The notes below the pieces were generated by a model that was not told the origin of the DNA, searched no databases, and saw nothing but the letters and a program-made list of their open reading frames with translations. 64,000 nucleotides of DNA from an uncultured Alphaproteobacteria bacterium (lineage in GTDB: Bacteria > Pseudomonadota > Alphaproteobacteria > Rhizobiales > Xanthobacteraceae), in NCBI GenBank assembly GCA_963749815.1, contig CAVVON010000021.1:293469-357468 (forward strand), in the 5' to 3' direction. Below are positions 55,445 through 64,000 of this stretch, piece after piece. Every line of letters starts with the position of its first letter. The first letter of the stretch is position 1. A program made the position numbers and the translations under genes.

Positions 55445-55697
55445 CCGGCATCGCCGGCCGAACGCCGGACGTGCGCGCATCCTGCTCACTCTGACGCAGC
55501 ATGGCGTTGCGGTTGGCCATCACAAATCGAAGCTCGCCGTCGCAAACGGGGGAGGGGCTTGTCGGGCGCATGGTCGCAACTATTCCTAAACAATCCATGC
55601 CCGAAAACCTGGCCGGGCAGCGTCCCGACGGGGTTAATTTCAGCAATCATTAAGCTTCTTGGCCGCAATGATGGTGGACGCCAGAGGGAGGCGGGCC

Positions 55698-56879
55698 ATG
55701 CGGCAAACCGATATCGCGATCGTCGGCGGCGGACTGGCCGGCTCGACCGCCGCCGCCATGCTGGGACGCGCCGGGATCGATGCCGTCCTGATCGATCCGC
55801 ATCCGGTCTATCCGCCGGATTTCCGCTGCGAGAAGCTCGACGCCTCGCAGGTGCGGCTCCTGCACAAGACCGGGCTCGCCGAGCCGGTGCTGGCGGCCGC
55901 CACGCCGGACGAGGAAGTCTGGATCGCGCGCTTCGGCCATCTGGTCGAGAAGCGCCCGAGCGGCCAATACGACCTGCTCTACGACACGATGGTGAACGCG
56001 GTCCGCGCGCAGATCCCGCCCGCCACCGCGTTCGTCCATGCCAAGGCGACCGCGATCGCCACCAGCGCCGGACCGGCAGACCGTCACGCTTGTCGAACGG
56101 CGAGGAAATCTCGGCCCGCCTGATCGTGCTGGCGAACGGCCTGAACGTCGCGCCTGCGCCACACGCTCGGCATCGGCCGCGAGATCATCAGCCCGTGTCA
56201 TTCGATCAGCATCGGCTTCGACATCGCGCCGGTCGGACGGCCGGCGTTCGATTTCCCCTCGCTGACCTATTATCCCCGAGCTCAACACCGACCGGATGGC
56301 CTATCGTGACGCTGTTCCCGATCGGCGGCACCATGCGCGTCAACCTGTTCGTCTATCGCGACATGCAGGATCCGTGGCTGCGCGCCATGCGCCACACGCC
56401 GGTCGAGACGCTGTTCGCGCTGGTTCCGGGCCTGCGCAAGTTCACCGGCGAGGTCGAGATCGGCGAGGTCAAGATTCGCCCGGTCGATCTCTATGTCAGC
56501 ACCGGCTACCGGCAGGCCGGCGTCGTGCTGGTCGGCGATGCCTTCGCGACGTCGTGTCCGGCGGCCGGCACCGGCTGCAACAAGGTGTTCACCGACGTCG
56601 AGCGGCTCTGCCACGTCCACATCCCGGACTGGCTCGCGAGCGCCGGCATGGACGACGACAAGATCGCCGCGTTCTACGCCGACGAGGTCAAGACCGACTG
56701 CGACGCCGCCTGCGAGGCCAAGGCGTTCTTCCTGCGCTCGCTGTCGACCGAGACCGGGCTCGCTCTGGCAGGTGCGGCGCTGGAGCCGCTTCATCGGCCG
56801 GCTCGGGGTCGGCACGCTGCGGCAGACGCGCGCGCAACTCGCCGTGCGCTCGGCGGACCGGCGGGCGGCAAGCTACTGA
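55698..56879 (+). CDS. FAD-dependent oxidoreductase/monooxygenase (GxGxxG); at least 4 apparent frameshifts
   Basis: MRQTDIAIVGGGLAGSTAAAMLGRAGIDAVLIDPH... Later pieces SNGEEISARLIVLANGLN, VTLFPIGGTMRVNLFVY and VVLVGDAFATSCPAAGTGCNK lie in other frames. Confidence 0.6.
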
Positions 56880-56989
56880 GCGCGCCGCGCAGGCGTTGCG
56901 GCCGGCGCTCGGCCCTTAGCCAATTGATAACCCTAAAGGATGCAAATCATTGAGTTTTTTAGGAAATTCCGCAGAGTGAGCGTGCGTGT

Positions 56990-57065
56990 TCCCCGGTAGC
57001 TCAGTGGTAGAGCAGACGGTTGTTTCCCGTCCGGTCGATGGTTCGAGTCCATTCCCGGGGAGCCA
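56990..57065 (+). tRNA. tRNA-Asn(GTT)-like gene with atypical anticodon loop and one extra base in the T-stem
   Basis: Hand fold: acceptor TCCCCGG/CCGGGGA, D-arm GCTC-AGTGGTA-GAGC, anticodon arm GACGG-TTGTTTC-CCGTC, T-arm GATGG-TTCGAGT-CCAT(T)C, discriminator G, CCA encoded. Confidence 0.7.
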
Positions 57066-57102
57066 ATTCTTTCTCCCGCCCGCCTGCGACAGACCGCACC
57101 CC

Positions 57103-58080
57103 CTAATCCAAACTAATCCCCGCCGCCTTGATCGGGCCCGCCCATTTCGCGATCTCGCTGGCGACGAACGTCTGCAGATACTCCGGCGTCCGGCGCTCCG
57201 GCGTCACCGCCGTGATGCCGATCTCGTACATTCGCTCCTTCACCGCCGGCGTATTCAGCGTATCGTTCACCGCGTCATTGAGCTTCTTGACGATCGCCGC
57301 GGGCGTGCCTTTCGGCAGGAAGAATGCATTCCAGCTGACGGCCTCGAAGTTGGTCAGGCCCTGCTCGTGCGCGGTCGCGAGGTCCGGCAATTGCGGAAAG
57401 CGCTCGCGCGACAGCATCGCGATGCCCTTGAGCGACTTGCCGTTGATCTGCGACACCGCATTGGGGCTGTTCAGGCACAGGTAGTGGATTTGTCCGGCGA
57501 GCAGATCCTGCATCGCGGGTCCGCCGCCGCGATAGGGCACATGCGTGATGTTGAGGCCGGCCGCCGCGTTGATCAGCGCGCAGGCGAGATGCGTGGTGGA
57601 ACCGACTCCGGCCGAGCCGTATTGCAGCTTGTCGGCATTGACCTTCGCGTAGGCGATGAACTCCTGCAGCGTGTTGGCCGGAAAATCCGGCCGCGTCAGC
57701 ATCACCATCGGCTGCTCGCCGAACAGCCCGACCGGGGCGAAATCGGTCGTCGGGTTGTAGGGCAGCTTCTTGTAGAGCGTGGCGTTGTAGGCGTGGGTGC
57801 CGATCGTGCCGAGCAGGAACTGGTAGCCGTCGGGGCTGGCCTTGGCGACGCGCCCGGTGCCGACGATGCCGGCCGCCGCGCCGACGTTCTCGACGATCAC
57901 CTGCTGGCGCAGGAGTTCGCTCAGCCGCGGCGTCAGCACGCGCGCCATCACGTCGAACGCGCCGCCGGCGGCGAACGGCACCACCATCGTGACCGGCCGC
58001 GTCGGCCAGTCCTGCGCGGCGGCCGGCATGGCCGCAGCGACGAGCGCGGCGGCGGCGGCCAGAATCCGGATGGTCGGCAT
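57103..58080 (-). CDS. Bug/TctC-family substrate-binding protein, copy 13 (intact)
   Basis: MPTIRILAAAAALVAAAMPAAAQDWPTRPVTMVVPFAAGGAFDV...SEIAKWAGPIKAAGISLD*. Confidence 0.9.
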   Translation of the reverse strand: MPTIRILAAAAALVAAAMPAAAQDWPTRPVTMVVPFAAGGAFDVMARVLTPRLSELLRQQVIVENVGAAAGIVGTGRVAKASPDGYQFLLGTIGTHAYNATLYKKLPYNPTTDFAPVGLFGEQPMVMLTRPDFPANTLQEFIAYAKVNADKLQYGSAGVGSTTHLACALINAAAGLNITHVPYRGGGPAMQDLLAGQIHYLCLNSPNAVSQINGKSLKGIAMLSRERFPQLPDLATAHEQGLTNFEAVSWNAFFLPKGTPAAIVKKLNDAVNDTLNTPAVKERMYEIGITAVTPERRTPEYLQTFVASEIAKWAGPIKAAGISLD

Positions 58081-58168
58081 GGCTGTCCTCCCTGGATCGT
58101 TGACTGGCCGGTCAGCAGCCGGCCTTGCGGCGAGGATAGGGGAGCGGCACCCGCGCCGCCAGCCGGAT

Positions 58169-60012
58169 TTACCGCCGCCCGAACAGCCGCTCGATGTCGC
58201 CGAGCTTGAGTTCCACGTAGGTCGGGCGGCCGTGGTTGCACTGGCCGGAATTGGGCGTCGCCTCCATCTCGCGCAGCAGCGCGTTCATCTCCTCGGGCTT
58301 GAGCCGGCGCCCGGCGCGCACCGAGCCGTAGCAGGCCATGGTGGCGGCGACATGCATCAGGCGGCGCTCGAGCGGCAGCGCCTCGTCCCATTCCGCCATG
58401 TGCTCGGCGAGGTCGCGGAGGAGCGCCTGCGCGTCGATCTCGCCGAGCAGCGACGGCGTCTCGCGCACCGCGACCGCGCCCGGGCCGAACGGCTCGATCG
58501 CGAGCCCGTAGCGCGCGAGCTCGTCCGCGCGCGCGAGCGAGCCGCTCGACGTCGGCCTCGTCGAGCTCGACGATCTCGGGGATCAGCAGGATCTGGCGCG
58601 CCACGCCCGATCTTGTCGAGCGCGGCCTTGAGCCGCTCGTAGACGATGCGCTCGTGCGCGGCGTGCTGGTCGACGATCACGATGCCTTCGCGGGTCTGCG
58701 CCACGATGTAGGTCTCGTGCACCTGCGCGCGCGCGGCGCCGAGCGGCCTGTCGAGCAGATCGGGGCTCGCTTCGGCGACATCGACGCGCGCGTCGGCGGA
58801 CGGGTCGCCGACGTCGAACGCCGCCTGCGCGGCCTCCGCGAACCCCACTGCGCCGCCGCCGCGCGCCGAAATCGGAAATCCGCGCGGATCGGGCCGCGAC
58901 GGCGAACGCCGCCAGTCGAAGCCGCGGCGGCTCCCGGCCCGTCCGCCGCGCTCGCGGGCCGGGGAACGGAACGCCGCGATGGTCGCGCTGCCGCCGGTGG
59001 TCGCGGCGCGCTGGCCCTCGCGCGCCAGCGCGTCCTGCAACGAACGGATCAGCAGCGCAGCGCACCAGGCCGGGATCGCGGAAGCGCACCTCGGCCTTGG
59101 CGGGATGCACGTTGACGTCGACCTCGCGCGGATCGAGCGTGACGAACAGCGCCACGATCGGATGACGGTCGCGCGGCAGGTAGTCCGCATAGGCGGCGCG
59201 CACCACGCCGATCAGCAGCTTGTCGCGCACCGGCCGGCCGTTGACGAACAGATACTGCCCGAGCGCAGTTCGCCCGCGTCAGCGTCGGCAGCGCCGCGAA
59301 GCCTTCGACGTGCAGGCCCTCGCGGCCGCCCGCGACCTCGACCGCATTGGCGCGGAAGTCGGCGCCGAGAATGTCGGCAAGGCGCGCAAGACGTCCCGGC
59401 GCGCCGGGCAGCGCCGCCGCCCAGGTGACCGGCGCGCGCTCCTCGCCCGCGAGCGTGAAGGCGACATCCGGCCGGCTCATGGCGAGACGCCGCACCACGT
59501 CGCGGATCGCCTCGCCCTCGCTGCGCTCGCTCTTGAGGAACTTGAGCCGCGCCGGCGTCGCGTAGAACAGGTCGCGCACCTCGACGCGGGTGCCTTCGCC
59601 GAGCGCCGCGGGCTTCACGTCGGATTTCTCGCCGCCCATCGACCTCGATCGCCCAGGCGTGCGGCTCGCCCGCGTGCCGCGTCGCGATCGTGAGCCGCGC
59701 CACCGAGCCGATCGAGGGCAGCGCCTCGCCGCGGAAGCCGAGCGTGCGGATGTCGAGCAGATCGTCGTCGGGCAGCTTCGAGGTGGCATGGCGCTCGACC
59801 GCGAGCGCGAGGTCGCCGCGCGTCATGCCGGAGCCGTCGTCGCTGACACGGATGAGACGGCGGCCGCCGCCGTCGGTGACCACCTCGATGCGCGTTGCGC
59901 CGGCATCGAGCGCATTCTCGACCAGTTCCTTGACCACGCTCGCCGGCCGCTCGACCACTTCGCCGGCGGCGATGCGGTTGACGGTGGCTTCGGGGAGCTG
60001 GCGGACGGGCAT
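58169..60012 (-). CDS. mutL: DNA mismatch repair protein MutL; at least 6 apparent frameshifts
   Basis: GHKL N-terminus [44 protein letters not shown]. Middle pieces ([12 protein letters not shown]-like, [16 protein letters not shown]) lie in other frames. C-terminus ...[26 protein letters not shown]...[23 protein letters not shown]. Confidence 0.85.
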
Positions 60013-60122
60013 GGATATCCTGGCGGAGCGAATCGCTCGATTTCAGCCCATCGATAATAGGGACTTAGGGCGCCGTCATGGGCGCCCTTGTGCCGGGCAT
60101 CCACGTCTTCAACAGCCCGAAA

Positions 60123-60545
60123 TCAATCCATTCCCGGCTTGCTCTGCCGCATGCCTTTGATGCCGGCGCGGTGCTTCTTCGATTCCAGCCGCCGCTCGCG
60201 CGAACTCCTGGTCGGCTTGGTGGCCCGGCGCGGCGTCGGCGCGACCGCGGCCTGCCGGATCAGCTCGAACAGCCGCTCGCGCGCGTCGTCGCGGTTGCGC
60301 TCCTGGGTGCGGTGGCGCTGCGCGATGATCACGATGACGCCCTCGCGCGTCAGCCGCTTGCCGGCGAGCCGCTGCAGGCGGATGGAGACGTCGTTCGGCA
60401 GCGACGGCGAATGCCGCGCGTCGAAGCGCAACTGCACCGCGGTCGACAGCTTGTTGACGTTCTGCCCGCCCGGACCGGACGAGCGGATGAAGCGCTCTTC
60501 CAGCTCTTCTTCGTTAATGCCGATGCGATCGGTGATGCGGATCAT
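60123..60545 (-). CDS. arfB: Ribosome-rescue peptidyl-tRNA hydrolase ArfB (YaeJ)
   Basis: Intact 140 aa. GGQ motif SSGPGGQNVNKLSTAVQLRFD. Basic C-terminal tail. Confidence 0.85.
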   Translation of the reverse strand: MIRITDRIGINEEELEERFIRSSGPGGQNVNKLSTAVQLRFDARHSPSLPNDVSIRLQRLAGKRLTREGVIVIIAQRHRTQERNRDDARERLFELIRQAAVAPTPRRATKPTRSSRERRLESKKHRAGIKGMRQSKPGMD

Positions 60546-60761
60546 GTCGGGTCATCCGGTCGTTGTTGCAGGATACTAAAGCCGATTCATCACCATTGTT
60601 GCTCAAACGCCACAGAGTCGGCCGCCAATTAGTCTATTTATTAGGGACTTTTCGATTAGGTAAAATCGGGTTGTGGGCGTGGGACGATGTCGAGCTTGAA
60701 GCAAGCCTGCTGCAATACCTCCGGGCGTCCGGTATTGCCGGGTCTGGCGAATACATTGCCC

Positions 60762-61442
60762 ATGGCTGCGAGATTGTTCGCTCGCGCGCTGGTCCTCACC
60801 GTCCTGGCTGCTTTCATCCCGTCCGCGTTCGCGGGCGATCTCGACATCATCCCGCCGAGCTATGCGCCGCCCCTGCCGCCGCCGCCCAGCAAGAAGCTGC
60901 TCTGCTATGCCGGCGTTCTCGGGGAAGTGGTCGTCAGCCACCCGTCATTTGATAACGTGCCGCTTCCCGGCGTCTATTCGGAATATTTCGCATCGGGCGG
61001 ACGTGGCGGCGGCATCGCCGGCTGCGAGGTTCTGTTCCAGTCCGGAGCGTTTCTCGGCGCCGAATTCACCGCGGCCTATGGGAGCCTGAAAGGCAGACAT
61101 GCGGTCGGCTACGAAGGCAACGCGCCATTCGAGATGGCGGCCCGCATCCGCTTCGGCTTCATGCTCGATCCGGACGTCGCGGTGTTCGTCACCGGCGGCC
61201 CATCCGACACCTATTTCACCAGCAAAGACGCGGCAGGCGTAACGACCGCCGGGTTCAACACCGGCGGGCAGATTTCCACCGGGTTCGAGGTGCGGTTCTT
61301 GTCGACGTTCCGCGCGCGCGGCGAATACGTCTACACTTGGCCTGGCTCGGACAGCACGTTGATCACGGGTGTCCAGTACGCTCGCATCAATCCGACGTCG
61401 CACGCGGTCAGGATCGCCGTCATGCGAGTCTTTGGACAGTAA
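60762..61442 (+). CDS. Outer-membrane beta-barrel protein (OmpA/OmpW-like porin family)
   Basis: Signal MAARLFARALVLTVLAAFIPSAFA. Alternating beta-strand pattern. C-terminal aromatic ...AVRIAVMRVFGQ*. The ORF-track start at 60687 is probably too far upstream. Confidence 0.55.
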   Translation: MAARLFARALVLTVLAAFIPSAFAGDLDIIPPSYAPPLPPPPSKKLLCYAGVLGEVVVSHPSFDNVPLPGVYSEYFASGGRGGGIAGCEVLFQSGAFLGAEFTAAYGSLKGRHAVGYEGNAPFEMAARIRFGFMLDPDVAVFVTGGPSDTYFTSKDAAGVTTAGFNTGGQISTGFEVRFLSTFRARGEYVYTWPGSDSTLITGVQYARINPTSHAVRIAVMRVFGQ

Positions 61443-61517
61443 AGACGGCGCTCGATCCGGTTTCGGCCGATAGCGAACGATCAGCCCGACGCACGCACGC
61501 TCATGCCGCGGATGCGG

Positions 61518-62834
61518 CTACGCGCCCTCGGACAGGTACCGTTTCGCCAGCAGCTTGCCTTCCTCGACCGCCGGCTGATCGAACGGATCGACCCCCAAGA
61601 GCCGCGCGGCGATGATCGTCTCAAGCATGAAATGCATCAGGAGCTCGCCCAGGCTCGCCTCGTCGAGCCGCTCGAGCCGGATGGTGCGCACCGGACAGCC
61701 ATGCCTGGCGAGCGTCTCGGCGGTGGCGCGGCTTTCCGCGGCGACCAGGTCGCCGATCGTCCGTCCGGCGAAACCGGGCTCGCCCGCGAGCTTCGCGAGA
61801 CCGGCGTCCATGCGCGGCCCGCGTCCGGCATCGGCGGCGGTGACAATGGTCATGAACTTGTCGCGCGGTCCGTCGATGAAGAGCTGGAGCTGGCTGTGCT
61901 GGTCGACCGGCCCGAGCGCCGCGAGCGGCGTGGTGCCCTTGCCGTCCTTGCCCTGGCTCTCGGCCCAGAGCTGCACGAACCAGCGCGTGAATCGCTCCAG
62001 CCGGTCCGCGTAGGTCATCATCACGGCGACGGTCTTGCCGCGCGTCTGCGCGAGCGACACCGCGAGCGCGGCGCCGAGCGCGGCGGGCACGTCGGCCGGT
62101 GCGCGTGCGTCGAGCACGGGCGCCAGCGCCGCGGCCGCGCCGGCGCGGACGGCCGCGATGTCGAGGCCGACCGAGGCCGCCGGCAACAGACCGACATTGG
62201 TGAGCACCGCGAAGCGTCCGCCGACGCCTGGATCGTGGTCGAGGATCGGCGCGGCGTGGGCCGCCAGCAGCGCGCGCAGTCCGTTCGGCTTGTTGCCATG
62301 TTGCGGCTCGCTGACGCCGAGAAGCAGCTCCGGCAGGCGCGATGCGAGTCCGGCGTCCTTGACCGCCGTGATCGCCGCGATCGTCTGCATCAGGGTCTCG
62401 GCGGTGCCGCCCGATTTCGAGATGGCGACGAAACGCGTGGTCGGGAGCGGCAGCGCTGCAAGCAGCTTGCCGAACGTATCCGGATCGAGATTGTCGATGA
62501 AATGCAGCCGCGGGGCACGCAGCCCGAGGCCGGACACCCGATGTCCGGCGAGCTGAGCCAGCGTCTGCCCGCCGAGGCTCGAACCGCCGGTGCCGAACAG
62601 CACGATGTCGGTCGCGCCGGCCGTCAGGCGGCGGGCGGCCGCTTCGATCGCCGGGAGGTCGTCGCGCGCCGCCGGCAGCCGCAGCAGGGGCAAACTCCGG
62701 TCCTCGTGGCGCGCACGCAGCCATGCGAGCGCCTCGCCGGTACCCGCGAGCGCCGCCGCGAGATCGCCCGCGGCGACGCCTTCGGCGCCGATGCGCTCCG
62801 CGCGCGCAAGCTCGATCGACTGGACGAGTGGCAT
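61518..62834 (-). CDS. pgi: Glucose-6-phosphate isomerase (short, about 440-aa type)
   Basis: Intact 438 aa. SIS motif IVLFGTGGSSLGGQ, FVAISKSGGTAETL. Confidence 0.85.
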   Translation of the reverse strand: MPLVQSIELARAERIGAEGVAAGDLAAALAGTGEALAWLRARHEDRSLPLLRLPAARDDLPAIEAAARRLTAGATDIVLFGTGGSSLGGQTLAQLAGHRVSGLGLRAPRLHFIDNLDPDTFGKLLAALPLPTTRFVAISKSGGTAETLMQTIAAITAVKDAGLASRLPELLLGVSEPQHGNKPNGLRALLAAHAAPILDHDPGVGGRFAVLTNVGLLPAASVGLDIAAVRAGAAAALAPVLDARAPADVPAALGAALAVSLAQTRGKTVAVMMTYADRLERFTRWFVQLWAESQGKDGKGTTPLAALGPVDQHSQLQLFIDGPRDKFMTIVTAADAGRGPRMDAGLAKLAGEPGFAGRTIGDLVAAESRATAETLARHGCPVRTIRLERLDEASLGELLMHFMLETIIAARLLGVDPFDQPAVEEGKLLAKRYLSEGA

Positions 62835-62868
62835 GCCGGCCGGCCCTGATTCGAGGGGAGAGAATACT

Positions 62869-62894
62869 TGATCGCCCGCTTGCGCGGGCGATCA
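62869..62894 (-). terminator. Hairpin downstream of the M16 peptidase gene (candidate terminator)
   Basis: TGATCGCCCGC-TTGC-GCGGGCGATCA. Weak U-tract. Confidence 0.4.
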
Positions 62895-62925
62895 CAAATC
62901 CCGGGGGGCGGGCGAACGGCCTAGC

Positions 62926-64000
62926 TTAGCCGCCCTCTTTCGAGGTCACGCCCTGCGGGCGGCCGACCACGGTGACCAGGAGGCCCGGATCGAGCAGGCG
63001 CTTGGCCACCCGCTTGGCATCCGCCAGCGTCACGGTATCGATCATTGCCGACCGGCGCTCGATATAGTCGATGCCGAGATTGTCGATCTGCATCTGCACG
63101 AGCTGGGCGGCGATCTTGCCGGAGGTATCGAGGTTGAGCGCGAACGAGCCCTTGAGGAAGGTCTTGGTCTTGGCGAACTCCTCCTCGGTCGGCCCCTCTG
63201 CCGCCATTCGCAGGTTCTCGGCCTGGATCACGTCGAGCGTCTCGCGGGTCGCATCGCCGCGGGTGGCGGTGGAGCCGAGCGTCACCGCGGCGTGGCGATA
63301 CCACGCCAGCGTATTGGACACGCCGTAGGCGAGGCCGCGCTTCTCGCGCACCTCGCGATAGAGCCGCGACGAGAACGAGCCGCCGCCGAGGATGTGGTTG
63401 ACGATATAGGCCGCCATGAAATCGGGATCGTCGCGCGTCACGCCGAGCCCGCCGAAATTGACCACTGCCTGCGGAACGTCGAGATCGATGACGATGCGCC
63501 GGCCCATGCCCTGCGGCGTCACGTTGGCGATCGGCACCAGCTCGGCCTTGGCGGGCAGGCTGCCGAAGGTTCGGTCAAGCAACCGGCCGGCGTTCTCGGC
63601 ATCGATGTCGCCGACGATCGCGATCTTGAGCGATTCGCGCGCCATCACCTTCCGCGTATAGGCCCTGAGGTCGTCGATGGTGATGGTCGAAACCGATTCG
63701 ATCGTGCCGTTCTGCGGCTGGCCATAGGGATGGTCGGGGAACGCCGCGGCCCACCAGGCCCGGCCGGCGATGTCGTTCGGATTGGTGCTGTTGCGGCGCA
63801 GTTGCGCGATCACCTGCGAGCGGATCCGTTCGACCGCTTCGGGGTCGAAGCGCGCGGCCGTGAGCGCGAGCCGCAGGTTCTCGAATGCCTCGTCGCGGTG
63901 CTCGGTGAGCATGCGCATGGTGCCGCGCAGATAGTCGCGGCCGGCGCGGAAGCCGATCTCGATCGCCTTGCGTTCGAGCTTGTCATGGAACGCCTTGGCG
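62926..64000 (-). CDS. M16 (pitrilysin/insulinase) family peptidase, C-terminal part; continues beyond the window
   Basis: The frame stays open to base 64000 (..AKAFHDKLERKAIEIGFRAGRDYLRGTMRMLTEHRDEAFENL...). Typical inactive-half M16 sequence ...GGGSFSSRLYREVREKRGLAYGV... Confidence 0.8.
   Translation of the reverse strand, partial: AKAFHDKLERKAIEIGFRAGRDYLRGTMRMLTEHRDEAFENLRLALTAARFDPEAVERIRSQVIAQLRRNSTNPNDIAGRAWWAAAFPDHPYGQPQNGTIESVSTITIDDLRAYTRKVMARESLKIAIVGDIDAENAGRLLDRTFGSLPAKAELVPIANVTPQGMGRRIVIDLDVPQAVVNFGGLGVTRDDPDFMAAYIVNHILGGGSFSSRLYREVREKRGLAYGVSNTLAWYRHAAVTLGSTATRGDATRETLDVIQAENLRMAAEGPTEEEFAKTKTFLKGSFALNLDTSGKIAAQLVQMQIDNLGIDYIERRSAMIDTVTLADAKRVAKRLLDPGLLVTVVGRPQGVTSKEGG

Overview
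High-GC (about 65-70% by eye) chromosomal segment of an alphaproteobacterium. It most resembles Bradyrhizobiaceae/Nitrobacteraceae (Bradyrhizobium/Rhodopseudomonas-type REP palindromes, gene order, an RPA1163-like dehalogenase). Most of the window is housekeeping: groES-groEL with promoter, CIRCE operator and terminator; pepN; thrC; hisZ-hisG; rsmE; ubiA; pmbA; a cysQ-like phosphatase; a DUF4170/DUF374/waaA/lpxK LPS block; xseA; purD; tadA; an rluB-like gene; rsmD; mutL; arfB; pgi; an M16 peptidase; one tRNA. Four things stand out. (1) There are 13 Bug/TctC-family periplasmic solute-binding genes in 64 kb. Eight form a head-to-tail array (18.3-26.5 kb) and three form a second run (51.2-54.2 kb), with no TctA/TctB membrane partner in the window. 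(2) About 70 reading-frame breaks (hand count) interrupt conserved and even essential genes. I read these as uncorrected indel errors, so many CDS below are reconstructed across frames and their internal coordinates are approximate. (3) At least three families of REP-like palindromic repeats occur. One lies in the groES-groEL spacer and one inside the 3' coding tail of the rluB-like gene. (4) Several small oddities: a 770-bp GC-rich gap with no coding signal, a lower-GC pocket encoding an 8-Cys secreted peptide bracketed by inverted 33-nt hairpin repeats, a GT2/YdjC-deacetylase/GtrA trio, and a tRNA-Asn-like gene with an abnormal anticodon loop. I saw no rRNA, CRISPR, transposase/IS, phage genes or recognisable defence system. 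I cannot point to a convincing novel multi-gene system. The Bug array and the GT2-YdjC-GtrA trio are the best candidates for follow-up. All family assignments rest on motif recognition and memory, not on database searches.
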